A DNA stretch of 64,000 nt from assembly GCA_937864235.1 (NCBI GenBank), contig CALMJI010000014.1:5769-69768 (forward strand), read 5' to 3'. Position numbers and translations under genes: made by a program. Within the stretch, counting starts at the first letter, position 1. The number at the start of each line of letters is the position of its first letter. The notes under the pieces are model-generated. The model worked only from the letters and a program-made list of their open reading frames with translations. It was not told the DNA's origin and did no database searches. Of the stretch, positions 41,159-49,256 are shown piece by piece. The DNA comes from an uncultured bacterium. GTDB taxonomy: Bacteria > Patescibacteriota > Minisyncoccia > SW-4-49-11.

Positions 41159-42268
41159 TTAATCCCGAATAGGCATTATAAGATAATAGAAGTCGGGAGT
41201 CTCGGAGCTTTTGATAATAACCGGAGAATCAGTATCATTGAGATGGAATTGTATAGCACCTTCTTTGAATAACTGAATACCATCTAAGAGATAATTATAG
41301 TTAAAAGTAATTGTGAGTCCAGTGTCTCCTGTACTATGAACAGGGATTTTGGTTTTATTAGATCCTGTTTGAGAATCTGAAGAGCTTACATTTAGATTTT
41401 TGTCGTCTTGCAAGTTTAATTTCACATCATTGACGGCATTTTGAGAAAAAACAGATGCTAATTTGATAGCTTGTACCAATTCTTGACTATCACAATCAAA
41501 AGTTGTTCTAAAAGATTGTGGAATTAATCCCTCATATTGTGGAAAATTACCGTCAATTAATTTGGATATAATCTCGACAGTATCAGCCAATAATTTAATT
41601 TGGGATGAACCAAATTGAAAAGTAACTTCAGTTTCCTCAATAGTATCCAAAACTCTAATCATCTCAGCTACAGTTTTGCTAGGAATAATTACTGAAAAAT
41701 CACTGCCTTCTAAATTATTTAGATTGAATTTTTTTTCACTCAATCGAAATCCATCAGTTCCCACAAAGACTAATTGATTTCCTTTTTTGGCTAGATAAAC
41801 ACCAGAAATTTCAGGACGAAACTCATTTCTTGGTAACGATCCATATACAGTTTTCAACCCTTGTTTCAAATCATTACTATTAATAGATATTTGATTCTCT
41901 ACTTCTATTTCTGGTAAATTAGGAAAGTCCTCAGCAATAATTCCTTTGAATTGAGCTGAGATATCATCACCTTGCTCTACAGTTAATTCATCATTCACAA
42001 CACTCAAATTAAGTTTATCCTGTGGCAAGTTCCTAATATAGGCTAATAATGTATCTTGAGGGATACAAATTGCCCCCTCTGAATCTTCTTTACCCCGAAT
42101 ATGGACTCTGATACCAATTTCAAGATTAGTAGAGGTTATAGTTAGAGATCCTTGCTTTCCTTGTAATAAAAAGGTTTGTAAAATTGGTAAAGTTGTAGCT
42201 CGAGAAGAACTTTGACGAGCAATATTTAATCCTTTTAAAAGATTTTCTTGCAAACAGGTAAATTTCAT
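41159..42268 (-). CDS. dnaN: DNA polymerase III beta clamp
   Basis: TLPIL, TNLE, TDGFRL, LIDGNFP, YLIMPIR. Confidence 0.97.
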   Translation of the reverse strand: MKFTCLQENLLKGLNIARQSSSRATTLPILQTFLLQGKQGSLTITSTNLEIGIRVHIRGKEDSEGAICIPQDTLLAYIRNLPQDKLNLSVVNDELTVEQGDDISAQFKGIIAEDFPNLPEIEVENQISINSNDLKQGLKTVYGSLPRNEFRPEISGVYLAKKGNQLVFVGTDGFRLSEKKFNLNNLEGSDFSVIIPSKTVAEMIRVLDTIEETEVTFQFGSSQIKLLADTVEIISKLIDGNFPQYEGLIPQSFRTTFDCDSQELVQAIKLASVFSQNAVNDVKLNLQDDKNLNVSSSDSQTGSNKTKIPVHSTGDTGLTITFNYNYLLDGIQLFKEGAIQFHLNDTDSPVIIKSSETPDFYYLIMPIRD

Positions 42269-42319
42269 ATCTTATCTATCTTAAACTATACTATAATTAT
42301 ACCTTGAATAAACTTTTTT

Positions 42320-42580
42320 TACTAGATTTGTATTTTTGTTCTTTTTTTATTATATATATAATAGTAGATAATAGTGTCTGTGGAAAAGCTGAAAACTACT
42401 TTTTAGTAGCATAAATACACGATGTCAAGTGTGGATAATATTTGGGATAAGTGTTTGTAAAGTTTGGGGATAAATAAACTTGATATTGAAGTCTGTGGAT
42501 TACTTTGAATTTATACACAATTTTATTCACATAAAAAGTGTAATTTTGGATAACTTATACACAGGTTATACACAATGGGT
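42320..42580. other. Replication origin oriC: DnaA-box cluster with DnaA-trio and AT-rich unwinding element
   Basis: Boxes tgtggaaaa 42379, tgtggataa 42430, tgtggatta 42494, ttatacaca 42511/42555/42566, ttattcaca 42523; minus strand reads ttttccaca-gac-actattatctactat-tatatatata; lies between dnaA and dnaN. Confidence 0.9.
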
Positions 42581-42668
42581 GTTTTAAAATTATTATGAGT
42601 TATAAAATATTATCCTCCAAAGGGAGACAAAAACACAAATCAAAATTTATTAAAAAACAACTCTATCC

Positions 42669-44108
42669 CTAAGAATTTTTAGGGTTTTCTTCATTATACA
42701 GTTTATTTTTAATCATCGCTATATCTTGTTCTAGAGTATAATTGGAGACTAAATCTTTTTTGATCTTATTCCAAGCATGCATAACTGTGCTGTGATCTTT
42801 GCCACCCAAAGCTTCTCCAATATTAGGAAAGGTTAATTTTAATTCTTCTCGAATCAAATACATAGTAATTTGTCTTGGTACCGCAATATCTTTTTTACGG
42901 CTTTTGGATAAAATATCTTCTTTTTTAATATGAAAATGTTCAGCTACAATATTCAAAATTGTATCAGTATTGACAATTCTCTGAGAGTGAATTTGTCCTC
43001 CTTCAATCAATTTATCTACTAATTCAGGAGTAATTTGAGTATTTAATAATTGCACTCTAGCAATAATTTTATTCAAAGCACCTTCTAATTCACGGACATT
43101 GCTTTTGATTCTCTCGGCAATAACATAAATAATCTCATCGTCTAAATCAAAATGTTTTTGAATACATTTACTTTTCAAAATAGCTACTCTAGTCTCAAAT
43201 TCAGGAATAGCTACATCCACAATCATCCCTCCTTCAAAACGAGATTTCAATCTATCATTAAGAGTCTTAATAGCACTAGGAGGTCTATCGCTAGTAAATA
43301 CAATTTGTTTATTATGAGCATATAATTCATTAAAAGTATTAAATACTTCATATTGAGTAGCTTCTTTCCCACCAATAAATTGAATATCGTCAATTATAAG
43401 CAAATCTACAGCTCTATGGCGAGCTTTAAAATCATCCATTTTCCCATTTTTGAGAGAATTCATCAAATCTGAGATAAAGATATCCGAAGTCACATATAGT
43501 ATATTTTTATTATTTTTAGCTAATTTATTAGCAATAGCTTGAATCAAATGAGTTTTACCCAAACCAACTCCACCATAGATAAACAGAGGATTATATCTAG
43601 TTCCAGGTTCATTAGCTACCGACTGAGCAGCCGCATGAGCCAGCTCATTGGAAGATCCCACAATAAAGTTTTCAAAAGTGTAATTTTCTTTCAAAAGAGA
43701 AGTTCCATTTGGTCTTTGAGGCTGTACAAAATTATTCCCAGACTCAGAATTAAAGCCACCATTAGATATAGATGTGGCAGATAAAGCTTCTTTTTGAGAC
43801 TGTAACTCTTGATCCTTTAGATTAATAACTGATTTTATAGATTTGGAATTAGTCTTTTGATTATTCTGAACTACATATCTAACCCTTTTAACAGAGCCAG
43901 TAATTTTTTGAATAGAATTAAGAATAGTAAGATTGAATTTATTCTCTAGCCAATTACGAGTAAAAGCACTAGGTACGCAAATTACAATCTCAATCTCATC
44001 CATACTAATAGGATAAGTATTTTTGATCCAAGTATTGAATTGAGGCTTACTAATATTAAGCTCTATCTCTCCTAATACTGAATTCCAAACTCTTTGTTTC
44101 TCGTCCAT
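42669..44108 (-). CDS. dnaA: Chromosomal replication initiator DnaA
   Basis: YNPLFIYGGVGLGKTHL, DDIQF, RLKSRF, SNVRELEG, GKDHSTV. Confidence 0.98.
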   Translation of the reverse strand: MDEKQRVWNSVLGEIELNISKPQFNTWIKNTYPISMDEIEIVICVPSAFTRNWLENKFNLTILNSIQKITGSVKRVRYVVQNNQKTNSKSIKSVINLKDQELQSQKEALSATSISNGGFNSESGNNFVQPQRPNGTSLLKENYTFENFIVGSSNELAHAAAQSVANEPGTRYNPLFIYGGVGLGKTHLIQAIANKLAKNNKNILYVTSDIFISDLMNSLKNGKMDDFKARHRAVDLLIIDDIQFIGGKEATQYEVFNTFNELYAHNKQIVFTSDRPPSAIKTLNDRLKSRFEGGMIVDVAIPEFETRVAILKSKCIQKHFDLDDEIIYVIAERIKSNVRELEGALNKIIARVQLLNTQITPELVDKLIEGGQIHSQRIVNTDTILNIVAEHFHIKKEDILSKSRKKDIAVPRQITMYLIREELKLTFPNIGEALGGKDHSTVMHAWNKIKKDLVSNYTLEQDIAMIKNKLYNEENPKNS

Positions 44109-44139
44109 TGCAATCGTCTAATTGATGATGTTTATAAAC

Positions 44140-44148
44140 TGTGGATAA
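44140..44148 (-). promoter_or_regulatory. Perfect DnaA box upstream of dnaA (likely autoregulation)
   Basis: tgtggataa = TTATCCACA on the minus strand. Confidence 0.7.
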
Positions 44149-44286
44149 GTTAATTCCATTATACTCTATTAGAGAATTTTTGCAATAATATAACAAAACA
44201 TATAGCATAAATATAACAAAAAACACACTTTTCACTTTTATTTCACTTTTGAGCATTAAAGAAAAAACCCCATCCGAAGATGGGTG

Positions 44287-44616
44287 TTAGTAGTTAAAGT
44301 ACATGATTTTTCCATAAATCATAATATATCTCGAATTTCTACCTATGTGTAAAGGCACACAAACCGTACCACTCTCAGAAACCTGTATATGATTTTTATT
44401 TACATTATCATAACCCAGAGCTTCTAGTTTTGAGTATAACTCTTCTATTGTTAGGGATGTCCTAATAAGAAGTTCTATAATTTTTTCATCATTATCATAC
44501 TCAACTTGATTGAGAGCAAATCTTTTTGCAAGTTTAGGCATGGGAAAATTTATTATAGCTGATAGAACTTGAAACTCTTGATCTGGAGAAGGTTTTTTAG
44601 AAAGAACTGATGACAT
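44287..44616 (-). CDS. Orphan protein between dnaA and rpmH
   Basis: 109 aa; GAGG upstream; TTGCTA-17-TATGGT promoter; hairpin at 44265-44288. Confidence 0.6.
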   Translation of the reverse strand: MSSVLSKKPSPDQEFQVLSAIINFPMPKLAKRFALNQVEYDNDEKIIELLIRTSLTIEELYSKLEALGYDNVNKNHIQVSESGTVCVPLHIGRNSRYIMIYGKIMYFNY

Positions 44617-44674
44617 AGTTACCTCAAACTTGCAAACTCAACCATAACACAAAAACAAGAATTTAGCAAGTTGG

Positions 44675-44952
44675 TGTACGAGATGAGGTAATCGTCGACA
44701 AAAGAGATTGTATACATTACTAGTCTACTAACATTAAGTTCCGATAGTAGTTGTCCTCCTTTGGAGGAGGTGGCACCGTAGGTGACGGAGGAGGACAAGA
44801 TATCAAGATTATATTTAATATAATAGAATAATATTAATCTTTAAAATATATAGTCCACACCCACCACCTCGTGGTCCCCCCTCGCCAGCGAGGGACATAA
44901 TATAATAGTTACTCAATTCCAAATATTTTCTATGATATCCTAATCTCGTACA
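44675..44952. mobile_element. MITE-like element, copy 2
   Basis: Terminal inverted repeat tgtacgagatgagg / cctaatctcgtaca (13/14); left ~75 bp homologous to 8442 and 48923; no target duplication. Confidence 0.7.
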
Positions 44953-44957
44953 AAACC

Positions 44958-44986
44958 TTGACTTTATATCTAATATGAGGTATAAT
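44958..44986 (+). promoter_or_regulatory. sigma70 promoter of rpmH-rnpA-yidC
   Basis: TTGACT-17-TATAAT. Confidence 0.7.
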
Positions 44987-45012
44987 GTTGTTTAATTATG
45001 TATTTATAGATT

Positions 45013-45147
45013 ATGGTAAAAGGAGCTGCAAGTAAGAATCGTAAAAGAAATCGCCGTCACGGATTTTTATCTCGTATGGCTACCAAAGCAGGTAGAGCTG
45101 TGATAAATCGCCGAAGAGCTAGAGGAAGAGCTAAACTTTCTGTTTAA
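45013..45147 (+). CDS. rpmH: 50S ribosomal protein L34
   Basis: Manual translation [44 protein letters not shown]; below the ORF-track cutoff. Confidence 0.95.
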   Translation: MVKGAASKNRKRNRRHGFLSRMATKAGRAVINRRRARGRAKLSV

Positions 45148-45177
45148 TTTTTATAGGATTTAAAATTAATATTTTTA

Positions 45178-45495
45178 ATGCAAAGGCTTCATCAGTCATC
45201 AGACATAGCCGCAATGTTTGCTCAGATAAAACCTCAATATCTGGATAACTTTCAGATATATTGTATAAAAAATAATTTACTAGATCATAGAGTGGGAGTA
45301 ATTATTGCCAAAAAACATATTCCCTTAGCCGTGGATAGAAATTGTCTCAAAAGACAAATTCGAGAACTATGTCGACGAAATTTGATTACAAAAAGCAATA
45401 AATATGATATACTAGTACTAGTTAGGACTAAAATTACCACTAGTAAAGCTAATTTTTTATCTCAACTTAATAATTATATTAATAATTTAACTTAA
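45178..45495 (+). CDS. rnpA: Ribonuclease P protein component
   Basis: RVGVIIAKK..AVDRNCLKRQIRE motif; synteny with rpmH and yidC. Confidence 0.88.
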   Translation: MQRLHQSSDIAAMFAQIKPQYLDNFQIYCIKNNLLDHRVGVIIAKKHIPLAVDRNCLKRQIRELCRRNLITKSNKYDILVLVRTKITTSKANFLSQLNNYINNLT

Positions 45496-45505
45496 AAAAT
45501 CTGTT

Positions 45506-46270
45506 ATGGGATGGCTATTCAATGAATTACTATATCGACCATTATTTAATTCTATGGTGTTTTTTTATAACACTATTCCGGGAGCTAATATTGGTTTAGC
45601 AGTCATTCTAACTACACTAGTAGTTAGAATACTTATGATACCTCTATATAGGGCTAGTATCAAAAGTCAAAGAGAAATGACAATAATTCAACCAATTGTT
45701 AAGGAATTGCAGACCAAATATAAAGATGATAGACAAAAACTATCCGAGGAAATGCTAAAAGCTTACAAAGAGCATAATGTTAATCCTTTTGCTGGAATTT
45801 TATTGTTATTTGTACAAATTCCAGTTTTAATAGCTATTTATCAGGTGTCTTTGAATATTTTTAAACCAGAAACTTACCCTGCTTTATACTCTTTTATAAC
45901 CCTACCAGAGAATTTTGATCCTAATTTTTTTGGATTATTGAATGTCGCAGATGCTAGAAATATTATCTTAGCTCTTATTGTTGGAATATCTCAGTATTAT
46001 CAGATTAAGCTTATAATGAAGCGAAATCAACCTGCTAAGCCAAAAGATACTAAGAAATCTAAAAATAAAAAATCAAAGCAACCAGAAGAGCCAGATTTTG
46101 CTACCACTCTTAATAAACAAATGTTATTCTTGATGCCAATTTTGGTAACTATTTTTGCCTATTCTTTCCCAGCCGCTATGAGTTTATATTGGATTACTAC
46201 AACTTTATTTACCATAGGACAGGAATTTATCTTAATCAAACAAGTAGATAAGGCTGAGGGAATCAAATAA
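45506..46270 (+). CDS. yidC: Membrane insertase YidC/Oxa1
   Basis: VRILMIPL, IQP...LQ.KYK, YKEHNVNP, QIPV, LYWI. Confidence 0.95.
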   Translation: MGWLFNELLYRPLFNSMVFFYNTIPGANIGLAVILTTLVVRILMIPLYRASIKSQREMTIIQPIVKELQTKYKDDRQKLSEEMLKAYKEHNVNPFAGILLLFVQIPVLIAIYQVSLNIFKPETYPALYSFITLPENFDPNFFGLLNVADARNIILALIVGISQYYQIKLIMKRNQPAKPKDTKKSKNKKSKQPEEPDFATTLNKQMLFLMPILVTIFAYSFPAAMSLYWITTTLFTIGQEFILIKQVDKAEGIK

Positions 46271-46279
46271 TTCTCGCTT

Positions 46280-47707
46280 ATGACTTTGAATAAAAAATTA
46301 GCTCTGAATAGTGTTATCCAGATTTTGGGTAAATTTGTGATGATTGGAGTTGGTTTTGTGTCTATTTTTATCTTAACTTATTTTTTAGGAGTTGAGGGTT
46401 TTGGAGCTTATACTACGATTACAAATTATCTAATTATAGCTACAGTCTTGGCTGAATTTGGTTTTAATGCTCTATTAACTACCGAAATTGCAGGTAAAAA
46501 TGAAAAGCAAATATCTCATATAGTTAATAATTTATTCACCTTTAGATTGGTGATGGCGATTTTGGTAATTGGTATGATTGCCTCTACTTCGGTTTGGTTA
46601 ATCCCAGCTTATACAGTAGAAATTAAGACTTTAGTGGCTTTGGGAGCGATTGGATCGATTGGGGCTTCTTTGTCTCAAGTAGTGATTGGAGTTTTTCAGA
46701 CCAAACTTCGTACAGATAGAATCACAATTGGAGATTTTTTGGCTAGAATTACCTTGATGTTGGGAGTTTTAGCTTTGGCTCTAATTGGGCAGGTGAATTT
46801 GTTTTGGGTTATGGTCTGGTATAGTGTGTCTGGCATTGTACAAGCTATATTTATGATTTCAGCTACTTATAAATATTATCCAATTAGATTAAGTATAGAC
46901 TGGACTTATTGGAAAAGTATTATAAAAAAAGCTTTACCCCTATTTGTAATTATTACCTTTAATCTAATTTATTATCGCATAGATACCGTGATGTTGTCAG
47001 TGATGAAAGATCAGACCGCAGTCGGACTTTATGGTATATCTTATAAAATCTTAGAGATACTGATTGCTATTCCAGGGATGTTTATGGGCTTATTATTACC
47101 ACTATTTACTAAATATTATCTACAAGATAAGGCTAGATTTCAGCATATTTTTCAACAAGCCTTTAATATTCTAGTTAGTGTGGCTGTACCTTTGGCGGTA
47201 GCAGGGATATTGCTATCTACTCAAATTCTAGCACTTTTTGGACAAGATTTTACACCAGCTACTAGTACCTTACAAGTTTTATTCATCGGGATTGGGTTTA
47301 TATTCCTTGGTAATCTTATGGGACATATTCTAATAAGTGCGGAATTACAAAGTAAAAGTATGTATATTGCAATTATGGGAGCTTTATTCAATGTATGCCT
47401 AAACCTTTATCTAATCCCAAAATATTCTTATTTAGGAGCAGCTACAGCTACAGCGATCACAGAAGGTTTGGTATTATTAAGTTATATTTATCTTGTTCGC
47501 AAACATATAAAATATTTCCCAAAATTACAATTTATACATTTAATTACTATCTTAGCAACTACTTTGATGGGACTTGCTATATACTTTAGCTCAAGCTGGA
47601 ATGTATTCTTGCAGACAATTTTGGCAATAGTGGTATTTGGGTTAGTTATATTACCTCTAGGAGTCAAGAGATTAAAACAATATTATGCCATCAATATTCA
47701 AGAATAA
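46280..47707 (+). CDS. Wzx-like polysaccharide flippase
   Basis: About 12-14 TM, IYYRIDTVML, VGLY, LIPKYSYLGAA.AT. Confidence 0.9.
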   Translation: MTLNKKLALNSVIQILGKFVMIGVGFVSIFILTYFLGVEGFGAYTTITNYLIIATVLAEFGFNALLTTEIAGKNEKQISHIVNNLFTFRLVMAILVIGMIASTSVWLIPAYTVEIKTLVALGAIGSIGASLSQVVIGVFQTKLRTDRITIGDFLARITLMLGVLALALIGQVNLFWVMVWYSVSGIVQAIFMISATYKYYPIRLSIDWTYWKSIIKKALPLFVIITFNLIYYRIDTVMLSVMKDQTAVGLYGISYKILEILIAIPGMFMGLLLPLFTKYYLQDKARFQHIFQQAFNILVSVAVPLAVAGILLSTQILALFGQDFTPATSTLQVLFIGIGFIFLGNLMGHILISAELQSKSMYIAIMGALFNVCLNLYLIPKYSYLGAATATAITEGLVLLSYIYLVRKHIKYFPKLQFIHLITILATTLMGLAIYFSSSWNVFLQTILAIVVFGLVILPLGVKRLKQYYAINIQE

Positions 47708-48473
47708 AAAAATATCTTTTATAATAGTTTCTTATAAAAGTAAAAAATTCTTAACAGATTGTGTGAATTCAATTATTAAATATACCTCTGGAGAGTATGA
47801 AATTGTTATTGTAGACAATAATTCAGGGGAAAATTTAGATGAAATTCAAAACTTATCCACATCTAAAATTAAAATTATATATTCTCAAAAAAATGCCGGA
47901 TTTGGCTCTGGGGTGAATCTAGGAGCTACTCAAGCTACAGGAGATTGGCTATGTATAATTAACCCAGACACACGAATACAAGGAGATATCCACACATTAT
48001 CCACAATTGACAAAAACACTAAGCTGATTGGTCTGGCTCTAGTCAATCAAGAAAATCAAATTCAGGCTTATCAGTATGGAGACTTCCCTACTCCCAAGAG
48101 TATAATTAGTAATAGGGCTAAAAAACAATGGCAAAACCCAACACAAGAGACAATATCCACTGATTGGATTAGTGGAGGCTCAATTTGTATAGAGGCAAAA
48201 CTTTTCCAAGAGCTCGGAGGATTTGATGAGAGATTTTTTATGTATTATGAGGATATAGACTTATGCTATCGAGCTAAACAAGCCGGACATCAAGCTTATT
48301 GGACACAACAGGTTACAATTTGGCATTATGAAGGCGGCTCCGAGAGTAGAATTATAAATACCAAAAAAAGATATTACAAATCCCAAAGACAATACATAGC
48401 TAAGTGGTATGGTCAAATCTGGACAATATTGCTGTACCCCTTGCATTTGATACAGTTGGTGAGACTAAAATAA
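47685..48473 (+). CDS. GT2 glycosyltransferase (rhamnosyltransferase-like)
   Basis: IVDNNS, N.GFG.G.N, NPD, FDERFFMYYEDIDLC. Confidence 0.92.
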   Translation: MPSIFKNKKISFIIVSYKSKKFLTDCVNSIIKYTSGEYEIVIVDNNSGENLDEIQNLSTSKIKIIYSQKNAGFGSGVNLGATQATGDWLCIINPDTRIQGDIHTLSTIDKNTKLIGLALVNQENQIQAYQYGDFPTPKSIISNRAKKQWQNPTQETISTDWISGGSICIEAKLFQELGGFDERFFMYYEDIDLCYRAKQAGHQAYWTQQVTIWHYEGGSESRIINTKKRYYKSQRQYIAKWYGQIWTILLYPLHLIQLVRLK

Positions 48474-48474
48474 A

Positions 48475-48638
48475 TTGTCCTCCTTTACCTGCCTACCGCA
48501 GGCAGGCGAAGGGGGACAAAATAAACTGTCCTCCCTTGGGGGAGCTTTAAGTCCCTCCTATATTTATTTAGGAGGTGGGTGGCACCGCAAGGTGACGGAG
48601 GAGGACAAGCTGGAGACCTTTTAGGAGTCCCTCCTAAA
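48475..48638. repeat. Composite palindromic repeat
   Basis: ttgtcctcctt-cctgcctaccgcaggcagg-aagggggacaa; tgtcctcccttgggggag; ccctcctatatttatttaggagg; ggcaccgcaaggtgacggaggaggaca. Confidence 0.8.
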
Positions 48639-48727
48639 ATATTCACAAAACCCTTTACAAAAAAACTTAAGTAATGATAAAATAAAAAAGTAGTCTTTAT
48701 GAGTACTACAATTCATATTTTGTTTGG

Positions 48728-48771
48728 GAACTGAGTGTTTAATTGAAGCCTTTACACTCAGTTCTTTTTTT
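48728..48771 (+). terminator. Strong intrinsic terminator after an 11-codon ORF
   Basis: gaactgagtgt / acactcagttc 11-bp stem plus T7. Confidence 0.7.
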
Positions 48772-48922
48772 GTTCAAGATAATAATGATTTTGCTAAGGT
48801 AAAGAAAAAGCTCGAGTCATTGCTCGAGCTTTCACAATGATCACCAGAGTTAGACTCTGGATCGGTGGGTAACTCCAAAAGCAATATAATAATATAAGAA
48901 TATTTTGCTTTTGTCGATACAA

Positions 48923-49193
48923 TGTACGAGATGAGGTAATCGTCGACAAAAGGGATAGATACATTACTAAACTAATAACAGTAAATTGGATAGTAATTGT
49001 CCTCCTTTGGAGGAGGTGGCACGGAGTGCTGGAGGTGGATTGAGTTCTAGTTTATGTTTTATCCACCCTCCCCCTACGGGTACTCCCTCCTAAGGGAGAC
49101 AAAATTAAGAACTCTTTTTATAACCATATAAACTACTTTCATGTGTCACCTATAAAAGTAACAACTTATATACGATGTATCTCATCTTATTCA
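48923..49193. mobile_element. MITE-like element, copy 3
   Basis: tgtacgagatgaggtaatcgt ... acgatgtatctcatcttattca; direct repeat tacaa at 48918-48922 and 49194-49198. Confidence 0.78.
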
Positions 49194-49256
49194 TACAACC
49201 CCTATTTTTTTATCTAAAAAATTGATATAATTTAGCTAAAGATATATATTAGTTTT

